NCBI GenBank assembly: GCA_964291295.2
Contig: OZ219754.1
Location: forward strand, 192,001 to 256,000
Reading direction: 5' to 3'
DNA length: 64,000 nucleotides
From: an uncultured Candidatus Binatia bacterium
GTDB taxonomy: Bacteria; Desulfobacterota; Binatia; UBA9968; JAJDTQ01
A model generated the notes under the pieces. That model was not told the DNA's origin. It saw only the letters and a program-made list of their open reading frames with translations, and searched no databases. The translations under genes and the position numbers were made by a program. Positions 12,111 to 21,457 of this stretch are shown in pieces (within the stretch, counting starts at the first letter, position 1; each line of letters opens with the position of its first letter).

Positions 12111-13784
12111 TCATCTCGTGACCGCGCCTTCGGAAGCCGACGACACCAGCCGCGCGTACTTGGCCATGACGCCGGCGGCGTAGTGCGGCTCCGGCGCCCT
12201 CCACGCGCGCAGGCGTGCATCCAGCTCTTCCCTGGATATCTCCACGTCAAGGCGCCGGGCCTCGACGTCGAAGGTGATGCTGTCGCCGTCCCGCACCGCG
12301 GCGATAGGACCACCCTTGGCGGCTTCCGGAGCCACGTGGCCGGCCATGAGACCGTGGGTGGCACCGGAGAAGCGGCCGTCGGTGAGGAGCGCCACGGACT
12401 CGCCGAGCCCGGCGCCCACCAGGGCGGCGGTCACGCCCAGCATCTCGCGCATGCCCGGGCCGCCCACGGGACCCTCGTAACGGATCACCACCACGTCTCC
12501 CGCCTTGATCTCGCCGTCCCGCACCGCCCTGAAGGAGTCTTCCTCGCGATCGAACACCCGAGCCGGACCGCGGTGGCGCGTGCGCTCATGGCCGGCCACC
12601 TTCACCACGCAGCCCTCGGGCGCCAGATTGCCCCGGAGGATCACGAGCCCGCCGGTGGACTTCAGCGGCGCGGACACGGGCCGCACCACCTCCTGACCGG
12701 GCGTCTCGGCCGCGTCCCGGACCTCTTCACCGAGCGTCTTCCCCGTCACCGTCAGGCAATCGCCGTCGAGGCGGCCGGCTTCCAGCAGGCGGCGCGCCAC
12801 CAGCGGAATCCCGCCGGCCCGATAGAGGTCGTTGGCCACGAACCGGCCGCCGGGTTTCAGGTCCGCGATCAGCGGCGTGCGCGAACTGATGCGGTCGAAG
12901 TCATCGATGCGCAGCTCCACCTCCGCCTCACGCGCCACGCCCAGCAGGTGCAGCACGCCGTTGGTGGAACCGCCGGTGGCGGCAACCGAGGCCACCGCGT
13001 TCTCCAGCGCTTCACGGGTAATGATCTGCCGCGCCGTCAGGTTCCGGCGCACGAGGTCCATGACCATCCGGCCGACCCGGTAGGCGACGTCGTCCTTGCT
13101 GTCGTCCATGGCCGGCACGCTGGCGCTGCCGATGGGGGAGATGCCCAGGATCTCGAAGGCGGTGGCCATGGTATTGGCGGTGAACTGCCCGCCGCACGCC
13201 CCCGGCCCCGGACAGGCGTGGCTTTCCAGGTCCAGCAACTCGGCGTCGGTCATCTTGCGCGCGGCGTGGGCGCCCACCCCCTCGAACACGTCCTGAATGG
13301 TGACGTCCCGTCCCTGGAACCGTCCGGGCATGATGGAGCCGCCGTAGAGCATCAGTGACGGCAGATCCAGCCGCGCCAGCGCCATGACCGTGCCCGGGAT
13401 GGTCTTGTCGCACCCGGACAGCGCCACCACCGCGTCGAACAGGTGCCCGCGGGTCACCAACTCGATGGAGTCGGCGATGACCTCGCGGCTGACGAGCGAG
13501 GCCTTCATCCCCTCGGTGCCCATGGAGACGCCGTCGGAGACCGCCACGGTGTTGAATTCGATGGGCGTTCCGCCGGCTGCGCGAACCCCATCCTTCACCT
13601 TGGCCGAGAGCCGGCGCAGGTGGAAGTTGCACGGCATGACCTCGATCCAGGTGTTGGCGATACCCACCAGCGGCTTGCTCAGATCCTCGTCCGTCAGTCC
13701 CACCGCCTTGAGCATGGCGCGGGAGGGAGCCCGGTCCGGCCCCTGGGTGATGGTCCGGCTGTGCCGGTTCAGTGGTTCATCCAT
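12111..13784 (-). CDS. ilvD: Dihydroxy-acid dehydratase
   Basis: MPCNFHL, VSDGVSMGTEGMKASLVSRE, GCDKTIPG, GACGGQFTANTM, GGSTN, GPGMREML, TDGRFSGAT. Confidence 0.96.
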   Translation of the reverse strand: MDEPLNRHSRTITQGPDRAPSRAMLKAVGLTDEDLSKPLVGIANTWIEVMPCNFHLRRLSAKVKDGVRAAGGTPIEFNTVAVSDGVSMGTEGMKASLVSREVIADSIELVTRGHLFDAVVALSGCDKTIPGTVMALARLDLPSLMLYGGSIMPGRFQGRDVTIQDVFEGVGAHAARKMTDAELLDLESHACPGPGACGGQFTANTMATAFEILGISPIGSASVPAMDDSKDDVAYRVGRMVMDLVRRNLTARQIITREALENAVASVAATGGSTNGVLHLLGVAREAEVELRIDDFDRISSRTPLIADLKPGGRFVANDLYRAGGIPLVARRLLEAGRLDGDCLTVTGKTLGEEVRDAAETPGQEVVRPVSAPLKSTGGLVILRGNLAPEGCVVKVAGHERTRHRGPARVFDREEDSFRAVRDGEIKAGDVVVIRYEGPVGGPGMREMLGVTAALVGAGLGESVALLTDGRFSGATHGLMAGHVAPEAAKGGPIAAVRDGDSITFDVEARRLDVEISREELDARLRAWRAPEPHYAAGVMAKYARLVSSASEGAVTR

Positions 13785-13851
13785 TTCCCCTGCTCCTTGC
13801 CTGCGGGCGTCCACTCCGGCCGGAGGCGGACGCCGACCCAGGATGCGCACC

Positions 13852-14865
13852 TCAGTCGTCCAGCCACATGAGCCGGGCCGGATTGTCCTTGAGCATGATG
13901 GATATCTGCTCCTTGGTGATGCCGAAGCCCAGCAGCGCACGGATGAACACCCGCATGCCGTCGACGGCGTTCAGGTGCAGCACCTGGCCGAAGTCGCTGC
14001 CGATGATGCAGCGTTCGGGGCCGATCTCCGCGATGGTCCGGACCGTCTCCATGGGGTCGGCCACCGGCTGATAGAGGCTCGGGATCATGGGCTGGCAGTA
14101 GGTGCCCACGAACACGCCGAGGTCCGCCAGCTCCTTCATTTCGTCCAGCAGGAGCTTGTTGAGTTCCAGCAGCGGGTGGTCCAGAGTGGCGCGCACGCCC
14201 AGTTCCCGCGCCTTCTTCACCAGCGGCAACAGCTCCTGGAAATCGGTATGGCCGAAGCCGATGCCCGCCTTGTTGGCCACCGCCAGCTTCATGATCTCCA
14301 CCACCTCCGGCAGCACCTCACCCTCTTCACTCACCAGCCGCACGCCGCCCTTCTCCGGATGGCCCGCGCTGCGCCAGAAGCCCAGGGAGGTGAAGGTGGG
14401 GAACCAGATCATCCTGGCGTTGGGGTACTGGAGGGCGATCCGGACGTACTCGGGGTTCATGCCATGGCACATGCCCGCACCGCCGTAGACCTCTACCCGG
14501 TGCTCCATCTCTCCCTTTTCCACCAGATGGTCGATATGGCGCTGCACCAGGTAGCAGGCGTTGGCGCTGACGTTCCAGTGGTCCTTGAAGGCCAGCGCGC
14601 GCATGCCGGCCCTGGAGGCGTCCAGCGCGATCTGGATCATGTCCTGGGAGCGGTGAACGAAATCGGGATAGGCGTGTATGTGGCAGTCGATGGCGTTCTC
14701 AAGCAACTCGTCCTCGATGCCCGGATAGATCTTGAGCATCTCGGGGTTGTCCTTGAGCATCTGGTAGAAGTAGTCCTTGGCATTGAGTTGGCGGACGCGC
14801 TCCAGGGTCAGGGTCCGGCCCACCAGAATTCCCGCGGCTTCCGCGTCTGCTGCGAAATCACACAT
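13852..14865 (-). CDS. Amidohydrolase-fold protein (DUF6282-like)
   Basis: IDCHIHAYPD, FKDH, IWFPT, GFGH, LDHP, IIGSDFGQ, KDNPARL: a TIM-barrel metal-binding pattern. Confidence 0.75.
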   Translation of the reverse strand: MCDFAADAEAAGILVGRTLTLERVRQLNAKDYFYQMLKDNPEMLKIYPGIEDELLENAIDCHIHAYPDFVHRSQDMIQIALDASRAGMRALAFKDHWNVSANACYLVQRHIDHLVEKGEMEHRVEVYGGAGMCHGMNPEYVRIALQYPNARMIWFPTFTSLGFWRSAGHPEKGGVRLVSEEGEVLPEVVEIMKLAVANKAGIGFGHTDFQELLPLVKKARELGVRATLDHPLLELNKLLLDEMKELADLGVFVGTYCQPMIPSLYQPVADPMETVRTIAEIGPERCIIGSDFGQVLHLNAVDGMRVFIRALLGFGITKEQISIMLKDNPARLMWLDD

Positions 14866-14990
14866 TCGTTCCCCTCGCTTTCGTATGGTCTTCGTATGGC
14901 ATGTCCCGCCCGCCAGCCGGGTCCGGCGCCGCAAACGGGCACGGGCGGTTTTGCGAATCCGGCCCGGCCTCCCTGTCCGCGGAACCGGCG

Positions 14991-15995
14991 TCAGCAGACG
15001 GCAGCCTTTTCCCAAGCGGTGATGAAGCGCTCGGCGTCCTCGGCGGCGGGCTCGCCCACCGGGACGTACGGCACCACCATGCGCGTCACCCCAGCCGCCA
15101 CGTAGGGCGCCAGCCGGTCCTTGATCTCCGACACCGAGGTGGCCGGGATCACCGGCAGCCGGTCCATGTAGTCATCGGTCAGGGCCGTCATGGCGGCCTT
15201 GAAGCCGCCGGCCCCGAACGCATCCTGGATCGCGTCCACATCCGCGGCAAAGCCCTGTTCCCGCAGCATGCCGCTGTAGTGGTCGGCGATGTTGTAGAAC
15301 GTCAGCGCCTGCCGGAGCCTTGAACGAGCCACCGCGCGGTCCGGGTTGAGGGACACGCGCACCTTGGCGATCACCTCCAGCGGACCTCGTCCGGCGGTGC
15401 GGGCCGCCTCCTGGACCCGGCCGGCGATCTGGCGGATCTTGTCCGGGGTCGCCATGTTGATGAAGACACCGTCCGACACCCGTCCCGCCAGCCGCGTCAT
15501 CTGTGGCCCCAGCGCCGCCAGATGGATGGGTATCCTCGGATGGCGCGGCTTCCAGGAGAGTTGGAAGCGCTTGCCGGTTCCGTAGATTTCCCCTTCGTAC
15601 TCGACACGCTCACCCGCCGCCACCTTGCGCACGATCGCCATGTACTCCCGGGCACGCCGCAGCGGGCGGTCGAAGACGCCGCCGTGCCACGCGGCGATGG
15701 CCTCGTTGGCCACGCCCAGTCCCACCCGCACGCGCCCGCCCGAAAGGTCCTGGAGCGTCGCCGCCTGCAACCCCAGCGTCACCGGGCTGCGGCCGTAGAT
15801 ATGGTAGATGGCCGTCCCCAGCTCGATGGTGCGGGTGCGGCTGGCGGCGGCGGAGAGCAGCACCATCGGGTCGGTGCTGTTGGATTCGCCCTTCCAGAAC
15901 GCGCCGAAGCCCGCCTGTTCCGCCCGCTCCACCAGACCCACCACATCTGCCGCCGGATAGTGCGCCGCGGAATTGATCTCGATATCGTAGATCAC
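14991..15995 (-). CDS. LLM-class flavin-dependent oxidoreductase
   Basis: AEQAGFGAFWKGE, DPMVLLSAAASRTRTIELGTAI, LQDLSGGRVRVGLG, IHLAALGPQM. GTG start with GGAGG RBS. Confidence 0.88.
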   Translation of the reverse strand: MIYDIEINSAAHYPAADVVGLVERAEQAGFGAFWKGESNSTDPMVLLSAAASRTRTIELGTAIYHIYGRSPVTLGLQAATLQDLSGGRVRVGLGVANEAIAAWHGGVFDRPLRRAREYMAIVRKVAAGERVEYEGEIYGTGKRFQLSWKPRHPRIPIHLAALGPQMTRLAGRVSDGVFINMATPDKIRQIAGRVQEAARTAGRGPLEVIAKVRVSLNPDRAVARSRLRQALTFYNIADHYSGMLREQGFAADVDAIQDAFGAGGFKAAMTALTDDYMDRLPVIPATSVSEIKDRLAPYVAAGVTRMVVPYVPVGEPAAEDAERFITAWEKAAVC

Positions 15996-16042
15996 GCCTC
16001 CCCCGTTCCGGCCGGTCGCGCGGGAGCGAACCGACCGCGCCG

Positions 16043-16564
16043 TCATCGCTCCGGAAGAACGGCTGTCCGGATGCCCGCCGGGCGGTCATGAGCCTGCCGG
16101 GCGGTCATGAAGTTGATCAGTTTCATGCTCATGACCACGTCGCCGTCCTGGTTCAGGGCCTCGAGCAGCGAACGCACGATGCCGCGGCCGGGCTTCGAAG
16201 CGGACCGCCGGCTCTCCAGCACCGTGACCCGCACCGTCAACCCGTCGCCCGGACGCACCGGCTTGTGCCAGCGCAGCTCGTCCACGCCCGGCGAGCCGAG
16301 GTTGGCCACCGCCGAGAGATAGTTGTCGGAACAGACCCGCATCATGGCGGCGGCCGTGTGCCAGCCGCTGGCGATGAGACCCTTGTAGAGGGTCTCCTTC
16401 GCCAGTTCGGGATCGACATGATACGGCTGCGGCACGAAACGCTTGCCGAAGTCGATGATCTCGGCCTCGGCAAGGCTCACCGGGCCGAACTCGCATACCG
16501 AGCCGACCACGTAATCCTCGAAGTAACGTTCCTCTCTGGGGACGGTGAATCCGGGCTGTTGCAT
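16043..16564 (-). CDS. MaoC family dehydratase
   Basis: RYFEDYVVG, PQPYHVDPE, GLIASGWHT, LGSPGVDELRWHKPVRPGD. The usual 'DPQ' reads VPQ. Confidence 0.85.
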   Translation of the reverse strand: MQQPGFTVPREERYFEDYVVGSVCEFGPVSLAEAEIIDFGKRFVPQPYHVDPELAKETLYKGLIASGWHTAAAMMRVCSDNYLSAVANLGSPGVDELRWHKPVRPGDGLTVRVTVLESRRSASKPGRGIVRSLLEALNQDGDVVMSMKLINFMTARQAHDRPAGIRTAVLPER

Positions 16565-16759
16565 CGCCTTCACGAGTACAATGAACGCTCGTGCGCTGCA
16601 ACTTGTCGTCCGGTGCACTCTCCGTTGCCGGCACCGCCCTGGCAGCGAGCGTGTCCCGGCCAGCCCTGAACCACGATGCGGTCCGGAAGGTGCCGACAAC
16701 ACGAGGACCGATGGATGCCGTTGACGAGGATGAGGGGCCGCCGGCCCCACGAAACGGCT

Positions 16760-16925
16760 GGCGGTGGAGAGGTTCAGACGGATGTCACCACCACGGGATC
16801 GTCATCTTCGGCGACGTCAACCCCGAAACTTTGCTCGATGTCACCGCCCTGGAAACCGTGGGCGTGGAGATGTATCCCGTTATCCAGCGACTGAAACGGT
16901 CTCCAACCGTGCGGACAAGCGCCAG
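16760..16925 (+). pseudogene. C-terminal remnant of a clan AA aspartic-protease-like small protein
   Basis: Frame reads GIVIFGDVNPETLLDVTALETVGVEMYPVIQRLKRSP, close to the recalled family ending 'VIFG...EPLLGVTALE..G.EVDP..Q.LK'. No N-terminal half with the DTG motif is visible. Confidence 0.45.
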
Positions 16926-16993
16926 GGCAAATGTCGGGCTTCCGCCCGTTGAAGCAGAGCGCATGGAGAGGACACCTCACCGCGACTCAGGAC

Positions 16994-17537
16994 ATGACGA
17001 AACCTTACAACCCACTGGATTACCGGAATCTGGCACAAAACGTTGTGCGCGCTCTCCTGGAGAGAACGGACAGCGAGATCCCGCCACAGGAGCCGTTCGT
17101 CGGCTCTGGCGTTTATGCCCTTTACTATACGGGACCGCTTCCATACTACGCTTTCCTGGCTTCGGAGGATCTCGGCACTCCGATCTACGTGGGCAAGGCG
17201 GTACCGTCGGGCAGTAGAAAAGGAAGTTACACGGAGGTACCGAAGGTAGACGGTTCCTTGTACCGACGGCTATGTGAGCATGCCAAGTCCATCGACCAGG
17301 CAGAGAACTTGCGACTGGAAGAGTTTCGCTGTCGTTTCCTTGTTGTCGAAACCGTCTGGATCACACTTGCGGAGCGATTCCTGATCAATCACTTCAAGCC
17401 TGTGTGGAATACCGTGATCGACGGCTTTGGCAACCTCGTCCCGGGTCGTGGTGCATCCCGGACGACCGTGGGCAAATGCTCTCGACGCCGAGGAAAGCGA
17501 AGCCGAGATCATCGCGTCGCTCACTACAAGAGACTGA
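16994..17537 (+). pseudogene. Eco29kI-family GIY-YIG restriction endonuclease, frameshifted near the 3' end
   Basis: YNPLD, GSGVYALYYTG, PIYVGKAVP, LYRRLCEH, LAERFLI...PVWN..IDGFGN. The family C-terminus VVHPGRPWA continues in another frame (17448 to TGA at 17537). Confidence 0.8.
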
Positions 17538-17538
17538 G

Positions 17539-19113
17539 TCAAGCGACTCGGAGTTCCACCGCGGTTTCGTAGAGCCTCACCGTCTGCTTGACCTCACCGA
17601 CCCGCACCGATGAGTTGACGATACTGTTGCCCGTGCGTTTCTTGCGCACTTCGTGCAAGGCTACGACATCAAAACCTTCAAGTTCCGCGATCTCCGCGAA
17701 CACCCGGTCGGTCTGGAACTCGATACCCTGGAGAATGTTATTGCCGATAACGACCACGACCGTGCCGCCTGGGCGCATGAGCGGTCGAGTGATGGCACAG
17801 AATCTCTGGCAATCGTTGAAGTAGGCTGCGGCATAGTTGGCCCACCCCGGACCTCCATAGGCACCCTTTTCAGGATAGCGCGCCCTGAGGAGTTCAAGCT
17901 GTTCGGCCAGATCGGGAAGAGTGGGCTTCAGGACGATTTCAGGACCCGACCGTACGGTTTGCCAGAACTGGCCGAAACTCTGACGTTCGATGTTTTTGAG
18001 TTCGTTGGGCGCTTCCACCATTCCCAACCAGAACAAATGCGGCCGCGTGTTCCTGACGTAGTGGTAGTTGTTGAGGTAAGGCGGCGACGTGACCAGCACG
18101 TCAATGCTCTGTTCGTCGGTAAGAGCGGCGTGCTCCAGGTAGGAAAGGGGTTGGACCGTTGCCCGCGGCTTGACGCGGCGCTTGTCAAGACAAGCCTGGA
18201 ACTCTGCGACGTCCTGGTACATCTCCCACAACTTGCGCCGAACCGTTCCGAAGACGTCCGCATGCTTGATGTCTGGCTTGCCGGCACCGCTCCGCGTACC
18301 AAGGCTGGGTTCATAGGAGTAATTGGAGAAACCCACCATCACGGAACCCAACGCCACGCGGAGGAGGTCCCGGACCCAGTCGGTCGGTTCCCCGCCGATA
18401 AAGTCCAGACAAGCCAACGTCTGGCGTTCCACGGCTTCGCTGAAGAAAGGGACCCGGCTTCGAAAGCCCTTCGGTTGTACCGTGGCGGGTGCCTTGCGCA
18501 ACCAAGCTTCGGCGTCGCCGTACTCCTCGAAGCGCGCAATGGTCGTCTCCAGTGTGGAAAGATCGTACTCAGCGACACCCGCCTTTACTTTGCACGCCAG
18601 CGCCGGATACGGGTTGATTTCGTAACCGACGGCATCGTCGCCTTGCTTCAGCGCTTCGACCAGCGTCGTACCGACTCCTGCAAAGGGATCGAGCACGCGC
18701 ATCCTCCGGCTCTTCTTGCGGACAGCATCAAGTACGCCGGCCACGAAAGAGCCGGAAAAGCCGGCGACCCACGGCACCCAACGATGAAGCGCGCGGTGTT
18801 GGTTCTCCGAGAATCCAGTGTCGCGAAAGCCGGAGGAAGGGAGGAGTTCGAATTGTGCACCCGCTTCGGAGATGAAGCCGCTGCCGCAGACAGAGCCGTC
18901 GGCAACTTCGGTTGTCGGCGCATCGGAGTTCTCTCCGGCCAACCAAGTCTCCAGTCGAGCGCGCACGAAACGCCATTCGCGCCCAACTTTCCTGGATGGC
19001 ACCCGTCGCGCGCGGGCCATCTCTCCAAGGGTCTTCTCGCTTACTCGAATCAGCTTCGCCGCCTCTGCCAAGGTCAGAATCTCATGACTGCTCGCATGCG
19101 CGCTTGTCTTCAT
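17539..19113 (-). CDS. Amino (probably N4-cytosine) DNA methyltransferase with N-terminal excisionase-like HTH
   Basis: HTH LTLAEAAKLIRVSEKTL...KVGREWRF; HRW...AGFS; motif I DPFAGVGTT precedes motif IV TSPPY (alpha order). Convergent with the endonuclease. Confidence 0.88.
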   Translation of the reverse strand: MKTSAHASSHEILTLAEAAKLIRVSEKTLGEMARARRVPSRKVGREWRFVRARLETWLAGENSDAPTTEVADGSVCGSGFISEAGAQFELLPSSGFRDTGFSENQHRALHRWVPWVAGFSGSFVAGVLDAVRKKSRRMRVLDPFAGVGTTLVEALKQGDDAVGYEINPYPALACKVKAGVAEYDLSTLETTIARFEEYGDAEAWLRKAPATVQPKGFRSRVPFFSEAVERQTLACLDFIGGEPTDWVRDLLRVALGSVMVGFSNYSYEPSLGTRSGAGKPDIKHADVFGTVRRKLWEMYQDVAEFQACLDKRRVKPRATVQPLSYLEHAALTDEQSIDVLVTSPPYLNNYHYVRNTRPHLFWLGMVEAPNELKNIERQSFGQFWQTVRSGPEIVLKPTLPDLAEQLELLRARYPEKGAYGGPGWANYAAAYFNDCQRFCAITRPLMRPGGTVVVVIGNNILQGIEFQTDRVFAEIAELEGFDVVALHEVRKKRTGNSIVNSSVRVGEVKQTVRLYETAVELRVA

Positions 19114-19209
19114 GCAATTACCTGTAACTGCTTCCATATTCTCACAACAGGATACCATGTGGCTACCATGTTCCCGAGGGAACTTCTACATCCCCTGTGC
19201 AGGTGAGGC

Positions 19210-19400
19210 ATTCCCGGGCCGCGTTCGGACTGCCAAGCAGCGACTGCAAGCGAACAGGGCGGATGGACAGCGACCGCAAGCTGGTGGCATTGGCCACGGC
19301 GAACGGGATGATGGGGGTCTTGCCAATGCTCATACACTTGGCCGGTCTCCGGATCCACTCACACATCCGCCACACGGACGCTTGCGCCGGGCCGCCGCGG
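19210..19400 (-). pseudogene. Degraded fragment resembling the C-terminus of a xanthine-dehydrogenase-family molybdopterin subunit
   Basis: Broken frames give 'ASVRVADV*VDPETGQV' and 'IGKTPIIPFAVANATSLRSLSIRP', similar to EVEVDPETG.V and GE.PIIP..AIANA...R.LP..P. Confidence 0.35.
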
Positions 19401-19478
19401 TTTGACTTTCCGGACCGCTTCCGGGAGATTCGTCGGCTGGGCGGATATCCTGATCTCCGGAAACCACGAAAAGACGCC

Positions 19479-20231
19479 ATGAACCTCGACGACTTCGCCG
19501 CCAGGCTGCGGCGCGCCACCGACATCGTCTTCTTCACCGGCGCGGGGATCAGCACCGAATCCGGCATCCCCGATTTCAGGAGTCCGGGAGGCCAGTGGAC
19601 CCGCATGAGGCCGGTGTACTTCGACGAGTTCGTGAACAGCGAGGAAGCCAGGGTGCGGGCGTGGGAGCGCAAGAAGGAAAGCCACCGGCTCTACAGGGAG
19701 GTGCGGCCCAATATCGGACACACTTCCATCAGCGAATTCGAAAAGCGCGGACAGCTGCTGGGGCTCATCACCCAGAACATCGACGGCCTGCACGGCCGCG
19801 GAGGGGTATCGGACGACAAGATCGTGGAATTGCACGGCTCGGACCGCACCGTGCTCTGCCTGAACTGCGGCAAGAACTTCGACCCGGACCGGATTCTGGC
19901 CGGCCTGGGCACCAGCTTCACTTCGCCGCGCTGCGACGCCTGCGACGGCCTGCTCAAGTCCGGCACCATCTCCTTTGGCCAACCCATGCCCGAGGCCGCC
20001 ATGCGGCAGGCCCGGGCCTGGAGCGAGGACGCCGACGTCTTCATCGTGGTGGGCTCGTCACTGGCGGTGCAGCCCGCCGCCTCCTTCCCCGTCATCGCCA
20101 AGCAGGCCGGCGCCCTTCTGGCCATCGTCAACCGGGAAGCCACCCCCCTCCAGTCCTTGGCCGACTACAGCCACGAGGGTGAGATCGGCGAGTTCTTCCG
20201 CACGCTGAATCCGCTGCTGGCCGACGCCTGA
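19479..20231 (+). CDS. cobB: NAD-dependent protein deacylase (sirtuin, CobB-like)
   Basis: FTGAGISTESGIPDFRSP, TQNIDGLH, ELHGS, CxxC...CxxC zinc site, VVGSSLAVQPAA, IVNREAT. Confidence 0.9.
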   Translation: MNLDDFAARLRRATDIVFFTGAGISTESGIPDFRSPGGQWTRMRPVYFDEFVNSEEARVRAWERKKESHRLYREVRPNIGHTSISEFEKRGQLLGLITQNIDGLHGRGGVSDDKIVELHGSDRTVLCLNCGKNFDPDRILAGLGTSFTSPRCDACDGLLKSGTISFGQPMPEAAMRQARAWSEDADVFIVVGSSLAVQPAASFPVIAKQAGALLAIVNREATPLQSLADYSHEGEIGEFFRTLNPLLADA

Positions 20232-20341
20232 CGCAGACCCGCTCCGTGCACGGGCGGGCTCTACCCAGTCGATTCCACCCAATGTGGCCGTGCACGTGCC
20301 GTTTCGTCCCGACGACATGATCCAGGATTTTCCAATGTCCG

Positions 20342-20913
20342 TCACGCAACTCGATACAGGCGAAAGGCGGCCTGTTCCCTTCGCATGACATCGGTTACTT
20401 TCACGATTCGGAAGCGGCCCGCCACGACGACGGACACAGGTTTCTCCGAAAGCCGGGACACCCGGATCTCCCGCAGACGCCGCATTACTCTGGAAATTGA
20501 AGCAGGCGAAGATATCGGTCGTTTGCGTGTGTCTGAATGGAGAGGCCGTTTTCCCATCGATTCAGTGACGCTTCGCCAAGACCCGTCGAATGGGCAAAGG
20601 CGGCCCGTGTCAACCCGTGATCCTCTCTGATACGCCGAATCGCGTCGGGTGGCAGAACGCCCAGATGATTGCAGACTGCAGCATGCTTCAGTCGTTCCGC
20701 CGCGTCATCCAGATACTCGAACTCGCACGTGCCGCACCGATGCACTTGCACTTCCACCCGCAACGCCACCGAGGCATCCCCGGACCCGTAGTCGAATGCG
20801 TGAAGACTCCATCGGGTCGTGATACGCTCGTCACCGCACATCGGGCAGGAAGGCGCCGACTGCACGCCCTGCATCCGAGCCCGCGAGTGAGTGTTTGTGC
20901 CTCCAGGATCCAT
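20342..20913 (-). pseudogene. MqsA-like antitoxin (zinc ribbon + HTH), apparently truncated by a 1-nt frameshift
   Basis: CPMCG...CGTC, IRRIREDHGLTRAAFA...GEASLNRWENG. Stop at 20485 in CCA GAG TAA TGC GG; the shifted frame continues MRRLREI...FRLYRVA to 20342. Confidence 0.65.
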
Positions 20914-20924
20914 CTCCGGCTCCC

Positions 20925-21260
20925 TCAATCTTTCCGTTCGGAATAGTGAAAACTGCGCCCGATTGATCTTCCCCGAGCCCAGTTGCCGCTTGAAGTCGAG
21001 TGGTCTGGCTCAAGATCGATCTTCATCACATATCCAGCAGCTCCTCTCCGCTCTTGCAACTCCACTGTCTCCACCGGATGCACGTCTTCGAGTCATGCCG
21101 CGATACATTCCCAGCCGCTGCGTCCAGTTTCGTACCTGTGCCGGACGCCAGTCTATCGAACGCTCAGGGCTGAATGCGATCACGCGCGCATGGCTCCTTT
21201 GCGCGAGGATCGCCCATTGACTTCTTCTCGACTCGCTCGGCGCAGTCCGCAGTCATTGAG
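20925..21260 (-). pseudogene. Degraded cognate toxin gene (MqsR-like position, upstream of the antitoxin)
   Basis: Fragments across frames: DWRPAQVRN / GWECIAA*LEDVHPVETVEL...GYVMKIDL / KRQLGSGKI / IGRSFHYSE*. The SFH-type ending is as in MqsR-like RNases. Confidence 0.5.
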
Positions 21261-21457
21261 CAGACTTATCATCTTTTTCAATCACATGATTACCGAACTC
21301 CCGCAGACCCCGGAGCCCGGTTTCCGCCGAAGCCGGAGCGATGAACCGCAAGCCGGCCCTGAAAGCCGGCTTGACACCGCCGCGGCGGGATTGTTACAGG
21401 TCGGCCAGCAGTTCACGAACTTCCGCACGCAGGCCGACCCCGCCGGAGGAGACCACC

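Noticed and set aside
17432-17440. Two apparent A-to-T changes (HD to LV) and the repeated modules, suggesting a diversity-generating retroelement
   Set aside because: No reverse transcriptase or TR/VR pair in the window, and differences between repeats are not restricted to adenines.
19479-20231. Sirtuin as an anti-phage SIR2 effector because of its defence-islet location
   Set aside because: It has canonical CobB length, a zinc-binding subdomain and host-like codon usage, with no partner sensor domain.
21371-21400. TTGACA promoter candidates here and at 59781
   Set aside because: The -10 hexamers are weak and there is no comparative support.
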